Shown piece by piece: positions 25,884 through 35,568 of a stretch of DNA of 45,497 nucleotides. Origin of the DNA: a virus. The notes below the pieces were generated by a model. It was not told the DNA's origin. It worked only from the letters and a program-made list of their open reading frames with translations, and did not search any database. A program made the translations under genes and the position numbers. The number at the start of each line of letters is the position of its first letter. Position 1 is the stretch's first letter. Location: the UHGV virus genome UHGV-0106598; one strand, given 5' to 3'.

Positions 25884-27732
25884 GTGGGCTGATAAATATT
25901 TTTATCTCCCTGAGGGCTCCAGCCACATCGCTGGCCACTGGACGACTCAGCCGGTCCAGGTAGTGATGCTCAATATGATGACTAACGACGCGATAAAAAT
26001 CGTGTCTGTTCGCAAATCAGCTCGTCTCGGTTATACAAAAATACTCGTCGCGGCGCTGCTCTATTTCGCTGAGCACAAAAAACGTAGTGCCGTGGTCTAT
26101 CAGCCTATCGATGACGAATCGGATGGATTTGTCGCCGATGAGGTTGACCCCGCTATCGCCGAAATGCCGGTGATTCAGAAAATTTTCCCCGACTGGGATA
26201 AAAGCAACGAGCGTAACAATCTCCAGCGTAAAGAAATGAACGGCGCGATTATTGATTTTCGCGGCGCGAGTACGCCAGGAAATTTCCGGCGACTAACGAA
26301 ACAGGTTGTCGAGGGTGACGAAGTTGACGGCTGGCCGCTGGAAGTTGCCAAAAAAGGCAAAGGCGAGGGCTCGCCCATCGAACTGGCGCTCGTTCGAATT
26401 AAAGGGGCAGCGTACCCGAAGGCGATTTTCGGTTCGACACCGACAGTCACCGGTAAAAGTCATATCGAAATGTTGGAAGACGCTGCTGATCTGACATTTC
26501 GTTTTTACCTGAAGTGTCCGCATTGTAGCGAGGAGCAGACCCTGGTATTTGGTTTCGACGGTATCGAATACGGTCTCAAGTGGGATGACAGCCTGCAGAC
26601 CAACGAGTCGAAATCGTCGTCCGCGTATTACCAGTGCTGCCACTGCCCGGAGCATTTTTACTATCGCGATCTCGAAAAAATGGAGCTCGGGGGGCGCTGG
26701 ATAGCCGAGGACTGCACCTGGACCCGAGACGGAATCCATTTTTTTGATCATGACGGTGGCGTCGTTCGCGCGCCGAAACACGCGGCGATCGTGATAAACG
26801 CCCTGTATTCACTGAATCTCGACGGCTGGGGCGAGATTGTCAGCGAGTGGCTGAAAGCGAAGGGCGAACCACTCAAAGAAAAAACGTTTCATAACACTAC
26901 GCTCGGCGAACTCTGGAGCGAAGTGGCCAGCGAGCAGCTGGAACACGATATTCTCGTTAATCGCCGGGAAAGATACGCCAGCCAGGTTCCTGACGGTGTT
27001 GTTTATATAACTGGCGGCATCGACTCTCAGACGTCCGGGCGCTACGAGTGTTACGTGTGGGGCTGGGGAGCCGAGGAGGAGTGCTGGCTGATTGATAAAA
27101 CAATCGTCCTCGGTCGCTACGACGAGGAGGATACGCTGCAGCGCGTCGACGGCGTGATTCGCAAACAATACCGGCGCAGCGACGGGACCACAATCGGCGT
27201 CAGTCGCTGGGCGTGGGATACCGGCGGCATAGATGCGCAGGTCGTTTATAACCGCTCGCTGAAACTCGGTCCGCTGTGGGTCATTCCAATCAAGGGCGCG
27301 AGCTCATACGGCCAGCCGGTCGTAAATATGCCTCGTACCCGTAACGCGAATAAAGTGTATTTGTCGTTGATTGGGACAGATACAGCGAAAGACCTGCTCG
27401 CAATGCGCCTGCAGCTGGAACCCGACTCCAAATCGGCGACACCAGGTGCGATTCATTTTCCCAACGACGACGAAATATTCAGCACGACAGAGGCAAAACA
27501 GCTCGTCTCCGAGGTTCTGATCCCGAAACTCATTAACGGTCGCGTCGTTTATCGTTGGGACAACCAGGGCCGGCGAAATGAGGCGCTCGACTGCTGGGTG
27601 TACGGACTGGCAGCGCTGCGTATCAGTAAAATTCGTTTCCAGCTCAATCTCGAGACGCTCGCTGAGCAACGGAAAAAATCACAAAACAAACTGTCTCTCG
27701 AGGAGATGGCCAGAATGCTCGGAGGGAGCTAA
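25771..27732 (+). CDS. Terminase large subunit, lambda gpA-like
   Basis: VKWADKYFYLPEGS ... VSVRKSARLGYTKILVAALLYFAEHKK aligns with recalled lambda gpA (VEWADANYYLPKES ... KSARVGYSKMLLGVYAYFIEHKQ), with further C-terminal matches. True start may be an internal Met at about 25810 or 25870. Confidence 0.9.
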   Translation: MNWQTYESTSAITMSAISNAISTGLNPLRVTIPMTGVKWADKYFYLPEGSSHIAGHWTTQPVQVVMLNMMTNDAIKIVSVRKSARLGYTKILVAALLYFAEHKKRSAVVYQPIDDESDGFVADEVDPAIAEMPVIQKIFPDWDKSNERNNLQRKEMNGAIIDFRGASTPGNFRRLTKQVVEGDEVDGWPLEVAKKGKGEGSPIELALVRIKGAAYPKAIFGSTPTVTGKSHIEMLEDAADLTFRFYLKCPHCSEEQTLVFGFDGIEYGLKWDDSLQTNESKSSSAYYQCCHCPEHFYYRDLEKMELGGRWIAEDCTWTRDGIHFFDHDGGVVRAPKHAAIVINALYSLNLDGWGEIVSEWLKAKGEPLKEKTFHNTTLGELWSEVASEQLEHDILVNRRERYASQVPDGVVYITGGIDSQTSGRYECYVWGWGAEEECWLIDKTIVLGRYDEEDTLQRVDGVIRKQYRRSDGTTIGVSRWAWDTGGIDAQVVYNRSLKLGPLWVIPIKGASSYGQPVVNMPRTRNANKVYLSLIGTDTAKDLLAMRLQLEPDSKSATPGAIHFPNDDEIFSTTEAKQLVSEVLIPKLINGRVVYRWDNQGRRNEALDCWVYGLAALRISKIRFQLNLETLAEQRKKSQNKLSLEEMARMLGGS

Positions 27733-27965
27733 TGACGTCGCGCGAGGTTTTAACAGAACGACTGCTGGAAGCGGAAATCGCTCTGCACAAATTATTAACG
27801 GGTAAATCGACCGTGTCGCTGTCTCACGGCGATTCAGCAGGAAATAACCGGAGCTATCAATACTCGCAGGCGAGTATTGAGCAGCTCCGAACGTACATTA
27901 TCGAGCTGAAATCACAGCTCGGTCTGAGTACGGGACGCCGTCGGCCCGTGGGAGTTCGATTATGA
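27732..27965 (+). CDS. Head-tail joining protein, lambda gpW-like
   Basis: 77-aa ORF; LHKLLTGKSTVSL ... EQLRTYIIELKSQLGLSTGRRRPVG parallels recalled lambda W. Confidence 0.8.
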   Translation: MTSREVLTERLLEAEIALHKLLTGKSTVSLSHGDSAGNNRSYQYSQASIEQLRTYIIELKSQLGLSTGRRRPVGVRL

Positions 27966-29536
27966 CTGCTCCGCAGCAGCTGCTCGGGCCTGACGGTAAA
28001 ACGCCACTACGCCGTTACGCGGGGTATAACGGCGGCGGTCCCGGTTTCGGTGGCCAGCTGATTGACTGGAACGCACCACAGCAGAGCGCCGACGCAGCAC
28101 TGTTGCCGAATTTTTATCGCGGTAACGCGCGAGCAGACGATCTCGTTCGCAATAACGGCGTCGCGTCGAACGCCGTGCAGCTGCACCAGGATCATATCGT
28201 CGGCAATCTGTTTAAGTTGAGTTATCGCCCTAACTGGCGTTACCTCGGCATATCTCGCGAGGACGCCAGGGCGCTGGCGCGTGACGTCGAGGTAGCGTGG
28301 ACTGAATACGCCGAGGACCCTCACTGCACGATTGATATCGAGCGGAAACGGACGTTCACAATGATGATCCGCGAGGGCGTGGCTACTCACGCTTTCAACG
28401 GTGAAACCTGCGTACAACCAGTCTGGGAGAGTAGTGCCGGCAGCGTTTTTCGGACGCGATTCAAAATGGTCTCACCGAAACGGATTCGAAATCCGGGTTA
28501 CGCAGCTGACACTCAATTTCGCCGCGCCGGTGTTGATATCGATAAAAACGGGGCCGCGGTCGGGTACTGGATAGCCGAGGATACTTACCCTCTCGGCGGA
28601 GTCGGTAAATGCCGGCGTATCCCAGCATAGCTCAGCAGCGGCAGACACGCATTCATCCACATATTCGAGCCGCTCGAGGACGGACAGACCCGCGGGGACA
28701 ATATTTTTTACAGCGTCATGGAGCGCCTGAAAATGCTCGACACACTGCAGCAAACACAACTGCAGAGCGCCATTGTGAAGGCGATGTATGCCGCGACAAT
28801 CGAATCAGAGCTCGACAGCCAGCAGGCGTTTGAATATATCGCCGGCGCGGGTACTGATATCGACTCGAACCCGCTGAATTCGTTTATTCAGAGTTACGTG
28901 ACGTACTACAACGGCGCAAATATCAAGCTCGGTGGTGTGAAAGTTCCCCACCTGCATCCCGGCGACAAACTCAGTTTACAGACCGCTCAGAATGCTGATG
29001 CTGGTTTTAGTTCACTGGAAAAATCACTCCTGCGTTACGTTGCAGCTGGCGTTGGCGCGTCATACGAAGAACTTAGCCGGGACTACAGCCAGGTCAGTTA
29101 CTCCAGCGCCCGGGCCAGTGCTAACGTCAGCTGGCGATTTTTCATGGGGCGTCGACGTTTTATCGCCGCGCGACAGGCGTCGCTGATGTTCTGCTGCTGG
29201 TTTGAAGAGGCGCTGGCACGCGGAATTATCACCCTGCCACGCTCAGCTGTCCGGTCGTTTTATGAGGCGCGGAACTCCTGGACGAACGCGCTCTGGATCG
29301 GCGCTGGTCGCATGGCGATTGATGGGCTGAAAGAGGTTCAGGAGAGCGCCATGCGCATCACAACTGGCCTCAGCACGTATCAGAACGAACTGGCGCTGCA
29401 GGGACAGGATTACGAGGAGGTTATGGAGCAGCAGGAATACGAAATTCAGCGCCGGCGTGAAATGGGGCTGAGCGAACCGTCATGGTCTGTATCTCACCCC
29501 TCAAATACCAACGATAACGGCTGGGGAGGTAACTGA
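27962..29536 (+). pseudogene. Portal protein gene (lambda gpB-like) interrupted by one in-frame TAG at 28628-28630
   Basis: Track ORFs 27962-28630 and 28718-29536 are in the same frame; translation right after the TAG continues LSSGRHAFIHIFEPLEDGQTRGDNIFYSVMERLKMLDTLQ, matching recalled lambda gpB (FIHVFEPVEDGQTRGANVFYSVMEQMKMLDTLQ) with no other stop. Confidence 0.85.
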
Positions 29537-30843
29537 TGCCGTGGAACAATTTTCCGCACCTCGCCGCCAGGGCGTTCAATCAACCGCTTTTGCTGGAGCC
29601 CACCTACGCGCGGGTATTTTTTTCGGCGCTGAGCGACCGGTTCGGTACCGGGCGACTGATTGATACAGCGTCTGGAGAGGTAATGAACAGCGACGAAATG
29701 AACGCGCTCGCGATGGGGTGGGACAGCAGCGAGCGAACACGCCAGAAATCGTATCGCGTGGAGCGTGGTATAGCCGTTCTGCCGGTTACCGGGACGCTGG
29801 TTCATAAATTGGGTTATATCAACCCAGTTAGCGGGATGAGCGGTTACGACGGAATCGCAAAACGCCTGCAGCAGGCGATTTCTGATCCCGATGTAAGAGG
29901 GGTCCTGCTTGATATTGACTCCCCTGGCGGTGAAGTCGCCGGCGCGTTTGATACTGCTGATTTAATCGCCCGGGCGCGAGAGCAAAAACCTGTGTGGGCG
30001 CTGGCCAGCGATACGGCCTGCAGCGCTGCCTATTTGCTGGCGTCAGCGTGTTCGCGCCGGCTGATAACGCAGACAGGCACAGTTGGTTCAATCGGTGTCC
30101 TGATGGCTCACCGCTGCGTCGAAAAAGCGCTGGAGATTGCTGGCGTCGACGTGACGCTGATTTACGCCGGCGCGCACAAAGTTGACGGGAACCCGTATTC
30201 CCAGCTGCCAGGCGACGTTCGCGACGAATTCCAGCTGAGTATTAACAGCACGCGCGAGCAGTTCGCGCAAAAAGTCTCGGATTATACCGGGCTGAAAAAA
30301 TCCAGGGTGCTGGCCACGGAAGCTGCAGTATTTATCGGCGCGGACGCGATTAAATCTGGTCTCGCTGATCAACTCGTTAATTACGCGGACGCTATCGCAG
30401 TGATGGCCGACGCACTGAAACCAAAAATGGAGCGCTTTATGTCTGGTACAGAAACCACGGCGGAGACCACGACCACAGAACAAACCGCGACCACGACTAC
30501 TGTCGCGCAGGTTGAGTTTAACACGGAGCAGATTCGCGCGGACGCCGCATCAAGCGAACTGGCGCGTGTGATGGCCATCATCAATTGTCCCGAAGCTGTT
30601 GGGCGCGAGGCGCAGGCAAAAGCGCTCGCTGGCGTCCCCGGGATGACGGTCGGGCAGGCGCAGGTAGTCCTCGCTGCAGCACCTAAAACGGCGCAGGCGC
30701 GGACAGAAACGGCGCTCGATACACTAATGAGCACTGAATCACCAGCGACTATTCAGGATGCTGGCAGTACTACGGCAACAGGAACAACCGCAAACGTCTC
30801 GATGCTGGTTGCTGCAGGGCGTTCAATTTTAGGGGATGAATAA
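29536..30843 (+). CDS. Head maturation protease / scaffold (lambda gpC-like, S49/ClpP-type peptidase)
   Basis: 435-aa ORF after the portal gene; peptidase-like core (LLDIDSPGGEV ... SAAYLLASAC); lambda head gene order. Confidence 0.8.
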   Translation: MPWNNFPHLAARAFNQPLLLEPTYARVFFSALSDRFGTGRLIDTASGEVMNSDEMNALAMGWDSSERTRQKSYRVERGIAVLPVTGTLVHKLGYINPVSGMSGYDGIAKRLQQAISDPDVRGVLLDIDSPGGEVAGAFDTADLIARAREQKPVWALASDTACSAAYLLASACSRRLITQTGTVGSIGVLMAHRCVEKALEIAGVDVTLIYAGAHKVDGNPYSQLPGDVRDEFQLSINSTREQFAQKVSDYTGLKKSRVLATEAAVFIGADAIKSGLADQLVNYADAIAVMADALKPKMERFMSGTETTAETTTTEQTATTTTVAQVEFNTEQIRADAASSELARVMAIINCPEAVGREAQAKALAGVPGMTVGQAQVVLAAAPKTAQARTETALDTLMSTESPATIQDAGSTTATGTTANVSMLVAAGRSILGDE

Positions 30844-31172
30844 TGACTACAGAAACGTATAGCCCGGACGATTTTATTCTTGGGCCTGACCTTGTTGTCA
30901 CGACCGTCGGTCATTTTCAGGGCGGGATCAACGTACCCCGGCTGACACCGATTATGCTCGACGCTACTGTCGGGACGTTTAAGGTTTGGGACGGCTCAGT
31001 CGGTAAAGCTATTGGCCTCACTGCCACCGCAGTTAATACTGGCTCCAGTTCTGCAGACTGCTCGTACTATAAATCAGGCTCGTTCCGTTACACGGCGATT
31101 AACTGGGGTACGGTTACCGACGTAGCTAAACGCAAATCAGCATTTGCGGGTACGCCGATCAGCGTCGGCTGA
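30843..31172 (+). CDS. Head decoration protein, lambda gpD-like
   Basis: 109-aa ORF; MLDATVGTFKVWDG ... YYKSGSFRY ... KRKSAFAGTPISV parallels recalled lambda D. Confidence 0.8.
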   Translation: MTTETYSPDDFILGPDLVVTTVGHFQGGINVPRLTPIMLDATVGTFKVWDGSVGKAIGLTATAVNTGSSSADCSYYKSGSFRYTAINWGTVTDVAKRKSAFAGTPISVG

Positions 31173-31191
31173 TAGCAAAAAACTCAAAACA

Positions 31192-31214
31192 AGCCGCCTC
31201 CGGGCGGTTTTTTT
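31192..31214 (+). terminator. Rho-independent terminator-like hairpin (GCCGCC-TCCG-GGCGG followed by TTTTTTT) between the decoration and major capsid genes
   Basis: Seen in sequence. Confidence 0.55.
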
Positions 31215-31230
31215 ATAACAGGATATATAA

Positions 31231-32265
31231 ATGAGCGATTCGTTTACTACGTCAGAACTGATTACCGCGACACAGCAGGTATTTAAGTTCAATCCGTTGT
31301 TTTTAAAGCTGTTTTTCCGTGAGACCTACACGTTTACGAGCGAAGAGGTTTTTCTGGATAAAATCCCGGGAAAAGTGAACATGGCCGTGTACTGCGCGCC
31401 GATGATCACCGGCAAAGTTGACCGCACTCGCGGCTATTCAACGAACCATTTCAAACCGGGTTACACGAAACCCAAGCACACGATCAATCCGAATATGAGC
31501 ATCAAGCGCGCAGCCGGTGAGCAGATTGGCCAGCCGGAAACGCCGGTCGAACGTCGTGCAAAAATCATCATGCAGAACCTGCTTGATGAGGAACTGAGCA
31601 TCAGCCAGCTCGAAGAGTTCCAGGCGGTACAGGCTGTTCTGTACGGTAAATACACTGTTTCCGGCAGCAATATCGAGACATATGAGATCGACATGAGCCG
31701 CAGCGCGACGAATAACGTCACTCAGTCCGGTTCGACAGCCTGGTCGACTCAGGACGCGGAAACGTATGACCCGAGCGACGATATTGAATCCTACGCGGAC
31801 CTCGCCTCCGGTGCGGTTAACGTGATCATCATGGATGGTAAAGCCTGGAAGCAGTTGAAGCGTTTTAAAAAATTCTGGACGGCACTGGATACGCGCCGTG
31901 GCTCAAACAGCCAGCTCGAGGTCGCGCTGAAAAACCTGGGCGACGTTGTCAGCTTTAAAGGCTACTACGGCGACACTGCGCTGTTTGTCTACAAAGGGCA
32001 ATACCTCGACCCGGTAACAGATACTGAAACGCGTTATATGCCGGATAACACGATGATCCTTGGCAACACAAAAAACCGCGGGCTCCGCACTTATGGCGCA
32101 ATTCAGGACGAAGACGCGCTGAAAGAGGGTATTTCCGAAGCGACGCGCTATCCAAAAGTCTGGACCACTACCGGTGATCCGGCAGTGACGCAAACAATGA
32201 CGCAATCCGCGCCAGCAATGGTCCTCACGGACGCCGACGCGTTCGTTGTCGTAAAAATCGCGTAA
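31231..32265 (+). CDS. Major capsid protein, lambda gpE-like
   Basis: 344-aa ORF aligning along its length with recalled lambda E (FKFNPLFLKLFFRE ... KPKH ... DTRRGSNSQLE ... GLRTYGAIQD ... RYPKVWTTTGDP). Confidence 0.9.
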   Translation: MSDSFTTSELITATQQVFKFNPLFLKLFFRETYTFTSEEVFLDKIPGKVNMAVYCAPMITGKVDRTRGYSTNHFKPGYTKPKHTINPNMSIKRAAGEQIGQPETPVERRAKIIMQNLLDEELSISQLEEFQAVQAVLYGKYTVSGSNIETYEIDMSRSATNNVTQSGSTAWSTQDAETYDPSDDIESYADLASGAVNVIIMDGKAWKQLKRFKKFWTALDTRRGSNSQLEVALKNLGDVVSFKGYYGDTALFVYKGQYLDPVTDTETRYMPDNTMILGNTKNRGLRTYGAIQDEDALKEGISEATRYPKVWTTTGDPAVTQTMTQSAPAMVLTDADAFVVVKIA

Positions 32266-32299
32266 GAGTCGAAAGGCTCTTTTTTGTTAAGGAATCAAC

Positions 32300-32719
32300 A
32301 TGAGCACAAAAACAGAATTGCTGGCGCGTATTGACGATATGAGCGCTCAGCTCGGTCGCGAATTACCGCGCTGCGGGACTATTGCGGAACTGGAATCAAT
32401 CGTTGCCGGCGCTGAGTCAGAGCTCGATATTCTGAACGAGCAATCCGGTGACGCGGGAGGCATCGAGATTACAGTGAATACTGCGTCCGGGACCGATAAT
32501 GAACTCGCTCAATCAATCGCGAGCGCTATCGTTTCACAGTCACAAGAGCAGGAGCTCGCACCGGCTACGCGCCGCGTCAAGTTGCGTAACACGCTGGACG
32601 TTTATCACTACGTGAACGGGCGTCGCGTTCGCGAGATTGTTGCCGCAGGCCGTGAAATTGTTGTTGATTCACCGGAGGTCGCAGACCTTATCGCAGCTGA
32701 TCACGTTTACGCTCTATGA
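32300..32719 (+). CDS. DNA packaging/head protein, lambda gpFI-like
   Basis: 139-aa ORF; N-terminus MSTKTELLARIDDMSAQLGRE resembles recalled lambda FI; conserved position after the capsid gene. Confidence 0.5.
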   Translation: MSTKTELLARIDDMSAQLGRELPRCGTIAELESIVAGAESELDILNEQSGDAGGIEITVNTASGTDNELAQSIASAIVSQSQEQELAPATRRVKLRNTLDVYHYVNGRRVREIVAAGREIVVDSPEVADLIAADHVYAL

Positions 32720-33096
32720 GCTACTACGATGACCTCCGGGCCGGCGACGAGGAGATGATCCGTGAGTGGGGACGGCCCGTTAAATTACGCGGTAAAACCG
32801 ACCCCATTATCGCTATTTTCAACGAGCCTTACGCGCGCGTTGACGTTCCTCACGCTGGTTTTATTACCGGTACAGTAACGAGCCTGACGGCGCTCTCGGA
32901 CGACGTCGCTGGCGTTGTTGCGCGTGACGTCGTCCAGGTTCCAAAGCAGCGCAGCATCGAACCTGACGGCTCTGTTACCTGGTCTGGCTGGACCGATTAC
33001 GTGGTTAAAGAGCCTCAACCTGATGGCACAGGGCTCACGAATATTTTTTTAGAGCCTCACACGTCCAGCGAAAACAGCGAGTATTCAAAATACTAA
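32716..33096 (+). CDS. Head completion / head-tail joining protein (FII-like by position)
   Basis: 126-aa ORF overlapping the upstream stop; position after the FI-like gene. Confidence 0.4.
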   Translation: MSYYDDLRAGDEEMIREWGRPVKLRGKTDPIIAIFNEPYARVDVPHAGFITGTVTSLTALSDDVAGVVARDVVQVPKQRSIEPDGSVTWSGWTDYVVKEPQPDGTGLTNIFLEPHTSSENSEYSKY

Positions 33097-33127
33097 GTGG
33101 GACCTCGGTCCCACTTAAGGGGGAACC

Positions 33128-33808
33128 GTGGCCGATTTACGTAGTAACGCGCAGATGTTCGATATCGATGTTTCGGCGCTGGAGCAGCTCAGAGTCGAAA
33201 TCAGCGCGACGCAACATCAAATGTTAATGGTATACAACAGGGCGCTGAACCGAACTGCAAAACATATGCACCGAATTTCAGCAGGAATGATTTTGACTGC
33301 ACTGGCAGCTAAAAATCATAAGGCCGTAGATAAACGAATCAAGCCGTTCATTAAGCGCCGTAATTTTACAAAAGAAGGGGCAGGAGACCTGAGCAGCGCC
33401 AAGCTCTGGTACGGTCTGAATGATTTCCGGGTATCTGAGCTAAAGGGGCGATTACAAAATCCACGGAGGCAAAAACAGCCTCGCGATCTTGAGACCGGCC
33501 TGTTTTTGAAAACCAAAAAAGGCGCTAGAGGGGCAACTTTTACACCCAAAAGTGCAGGGCTGGCGATGATGAGTTGGCCCGATTCATTCGTAGCGAAACG
33601 CTACGGTGCGAAAAGTGTCTGGATTCGACTGGATCGCGGAGGAATCGAAGAGGCTCGCGTACCTGTGCACGACGCGCTGGAGGATGCTATCGATGATTAT
33701 ATTTTTGAAAACATTGGCCCTGTTTTTATGGGCTTTTTTGAGAAAGATTTGCGCGGTCGCGTGAAAGGTAATGTCCACGTAGACCCAAAAACAGGTAAAC
33801 GATTATGA
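33128..33808 (+). CDS. Hypothetical virion protein at the head/tail junction (adaptor or tail completion candidate)
   Basis: 226-aa ORF between head and baseplate modules; no motif recognised. Confidence 0.3.
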   Translation: MADLRSNAQMFDIDVSALEQLRVEISATQHQMLMVYNRALNRTAKHMHRISAGMILTALAAKNHKAVDKRIKPFIKRRNFTKEGAGDLSSAKLWYGLNDFRVSELKGRLQNPRRQKQPRDLETGLFLKTKKGARGATFTPKSAGLAMMSWPDSFVAKRYGAKSVWIRLDRGGIEEARVPVHDALEDAIDDYIFENIGPVFMGFFEKDLRGRVKGNVHVDPKTGKRL

Positions 33809-34341
33809 GCGGACTGGATGCATTTGACGAATATCTTGATCGCGTTAAAGGCGCGGTTTTACAAATACCGTTCATCAAAACATTCGGAATTTATCCGGAA
33901 ATTCCGGCTGGATTTGAAACGCCAGCTCTGTTCCTGGAAATCAGCAACTGGTCACAGAGTGACGAATCGGTTCCAGGCTCAATTCAGTCAGTCGAGCTGT
34001 CGTGTAATTTGTATTTGCTGCGTGAATTTGCAGCTGATCAGTACGGACTGAAATCGCAGAATGCAGCGCTCTATATGACGAGCTGGATCAATGGGCGAAT
34101 GTTCGGTCCCGGAACTAAACCGGCAAAATTCAGCGACGCGGAACCGTGCGACTGGATTAAAAACGGGCAGTCAGTCGGTTCGCATTCAGTTCAGTGCGTG
34201 TCGTTCACGCAGGTTGTAGGCGTTGGTCCAGATATTTTCGATTATCCCTCACAGGGGACCCTGAAAAATATATACGTCGGAATAGCACCAGATATCGGCG
34301 CAGAACATGAGGGCGACTATTATGGCCCAATCGGACGATGA
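33805..34341 (+). CDS. Hypothetical virion protein at the head/tail junction
   Basis: 178-aa ORF overlapping neighbours; position only. Confidence 0.3.
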   Translation: MSGLDAFDEYLDRVKGAVLQIPFIKTFGIYPEIPAGFETPALFLEISNWSQSDESVPGSIQSVELSCNLYLLREFAADQYGLKSQNAALYMTSWINGRMFGPGTKPAKFSDAEPCDWIKNGQSVGSHSVQCVSFTQVVGVGPDIFDYPSQGTLKNIYVGIAPDIGAEHEGDYYGPIGR

Positions 34342-35224
34342 ATATGCTGCAGCGGAGAACGCGCGCAGGCTGCGTGACGCAGTTAAACGCGGCACGATAG
34401 CTGCAGTTAAAATGAATCCTCCACGCTGCCGAGTCTCATTTGGTGGCGAACACCAGTCAGGCTGGCTGCAGTGGTTTACTCACGCCACCTCAGAACGCGT
34501 CGACTGGAGCGCACCATCAGTGGGCGATCCCGTTACTGTTGTTTCTGAGGGTGGGGATACGCGGAACGGTGTAGTTATGCTCGGGCTGCACATTGACGAC
34601 AAAGCTCCGCCAAGCAATGACCCCCATGATCATGTCACTGCATACTGTGACGGGGCTACGATGACGTATAACACAAAAAATCACACTCTGACATGGCAGG
34701 GCGTACCGGACGGCGTGGTAAAAATACTCGGTGAGTCTGAAATAGAAATATTTGGACGCGCAGATGTTACTATTAATAGCGAAAATGTAGTTAATATCCA
34801 TGGTGGGAAATTAATTAACGCAGACGCTGATATTATTAATGTCACAGCGACAGATACAATTAACGCACATGCTGATTTAGTGAACGTTATAGCAACGAGT
34901 TCTGTTAGTGTTACTGCTGCGAACAGAATATCGCTGACAGCTCAAACAATCAGCGCGTGGGCTCCGGGTGGTATAACACTAGCTGGTCCAACGCATATTA
35001 CCGAGACATTAGTAGTAGATAAATTAGCGACATTCCGTAACGATATTTCTGTCACTGGAGATAACGGTGGAACAGGTAATATCACAACTCGCGGTAGTGT
35101 GTTAGCAGGGCAAGAGGTGCAGGACCGACAAGGCACAATGACTGAGGTCCGCACAACGTACAACGGACACACTCATATATGTCCGGACGGGGAAACACAA
35201 CAACCGAACCAACCAATGGCGTAA
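34307..35224 (+). CDS. Baseplate central spike protein (P2 gpV-like)
   Basis: 305-aa ORF; N-terminal gpV-like region, repetitive beta-helix-like stretch and C-terminal apex YNGHTHICP. Confidence 0.7.
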   Translation: MRATIMAQSDDEYAAAENARRLRDAVKRGTIAAVKMNPPRCRVSFGGEHQSGWLQWFTHATSERVDWSAPSVGDPVTVVSEGGDTRNGVVMLGLHIDDKAPPSNDPHDHVTAYCDGATMTYNTKNHTLTWQGVPDGVVKILGESEIEIFGRADVTINSENVVNIHGGKLINADADIINVTATDTINAHADLVNVIATSSVSVTAANRISLTAQTISAWAPGGITLAGPTHITETLVVDKLATFRNDISVTGDNGGTGNITTRGSVLAGQEVQDRQGTMTEVRTTYNGHTHICPDGETQQPNQPMA

Positions 35225-35226
35225 AT

Positions 35227-35568
35227 ATGCTTGGAATGGACCGTAACACCGGTAAGCCTTTATCGGGGACTGATCACATTTGTCAGTCTATCGTTGATAT
35301 TTTAACGACCCCGCTGGGAACCCGTGTAATGTTGCCGGAATACGGCAGCAAATTATTTGACCTCGTTGATAATCCCACTGATCCGTCGCTTGCTATGAGA
35401 ATAATAATGGAAAGTGCAGGAGCAATAGCACGCTGGGAACCACGCGTCAGAATTGACAGAATAAATGTGTTAGCAGTGGACATCGGGAAAATAACAATAT
35501 TAATTATCGCAACAGATATCGAAACACAACAGCGATTAGAGTTTAATAATATGGAACTGATATTTTGA
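35227..35568 (+). CDS. Baseplate protein (P2 gpW / gp25-like)
   Basis: Start taken at the internal Met (MLGMDRNTGK); conserved order V-W-J-I. Confidence 0.65.
   Translation: MLGMDRNTGKPLSGTDHICQSIVDILTTPLGTRVMLPEYGSKLFDLVDNPTDPSLAMRIIMESAGAIARWEPRVRIDRINVLAVDIGKITILIIATDIETQQRLEFNNMELIF

Noticed and set aside
26175-27669. Multiple antisense ORFs inside the large terminase gene
   Set aside because: Typical open antisense frames in GC-rich coding sequence; the sense-strand gene aligns along its full length with lambda gpA.
27962-29536. Reading the portal region as two separate genes
   Set aside because: Both ORFs share one frame and the residues right after the TAG continue the portal alignment, so this is one gene with a nonsense codon.
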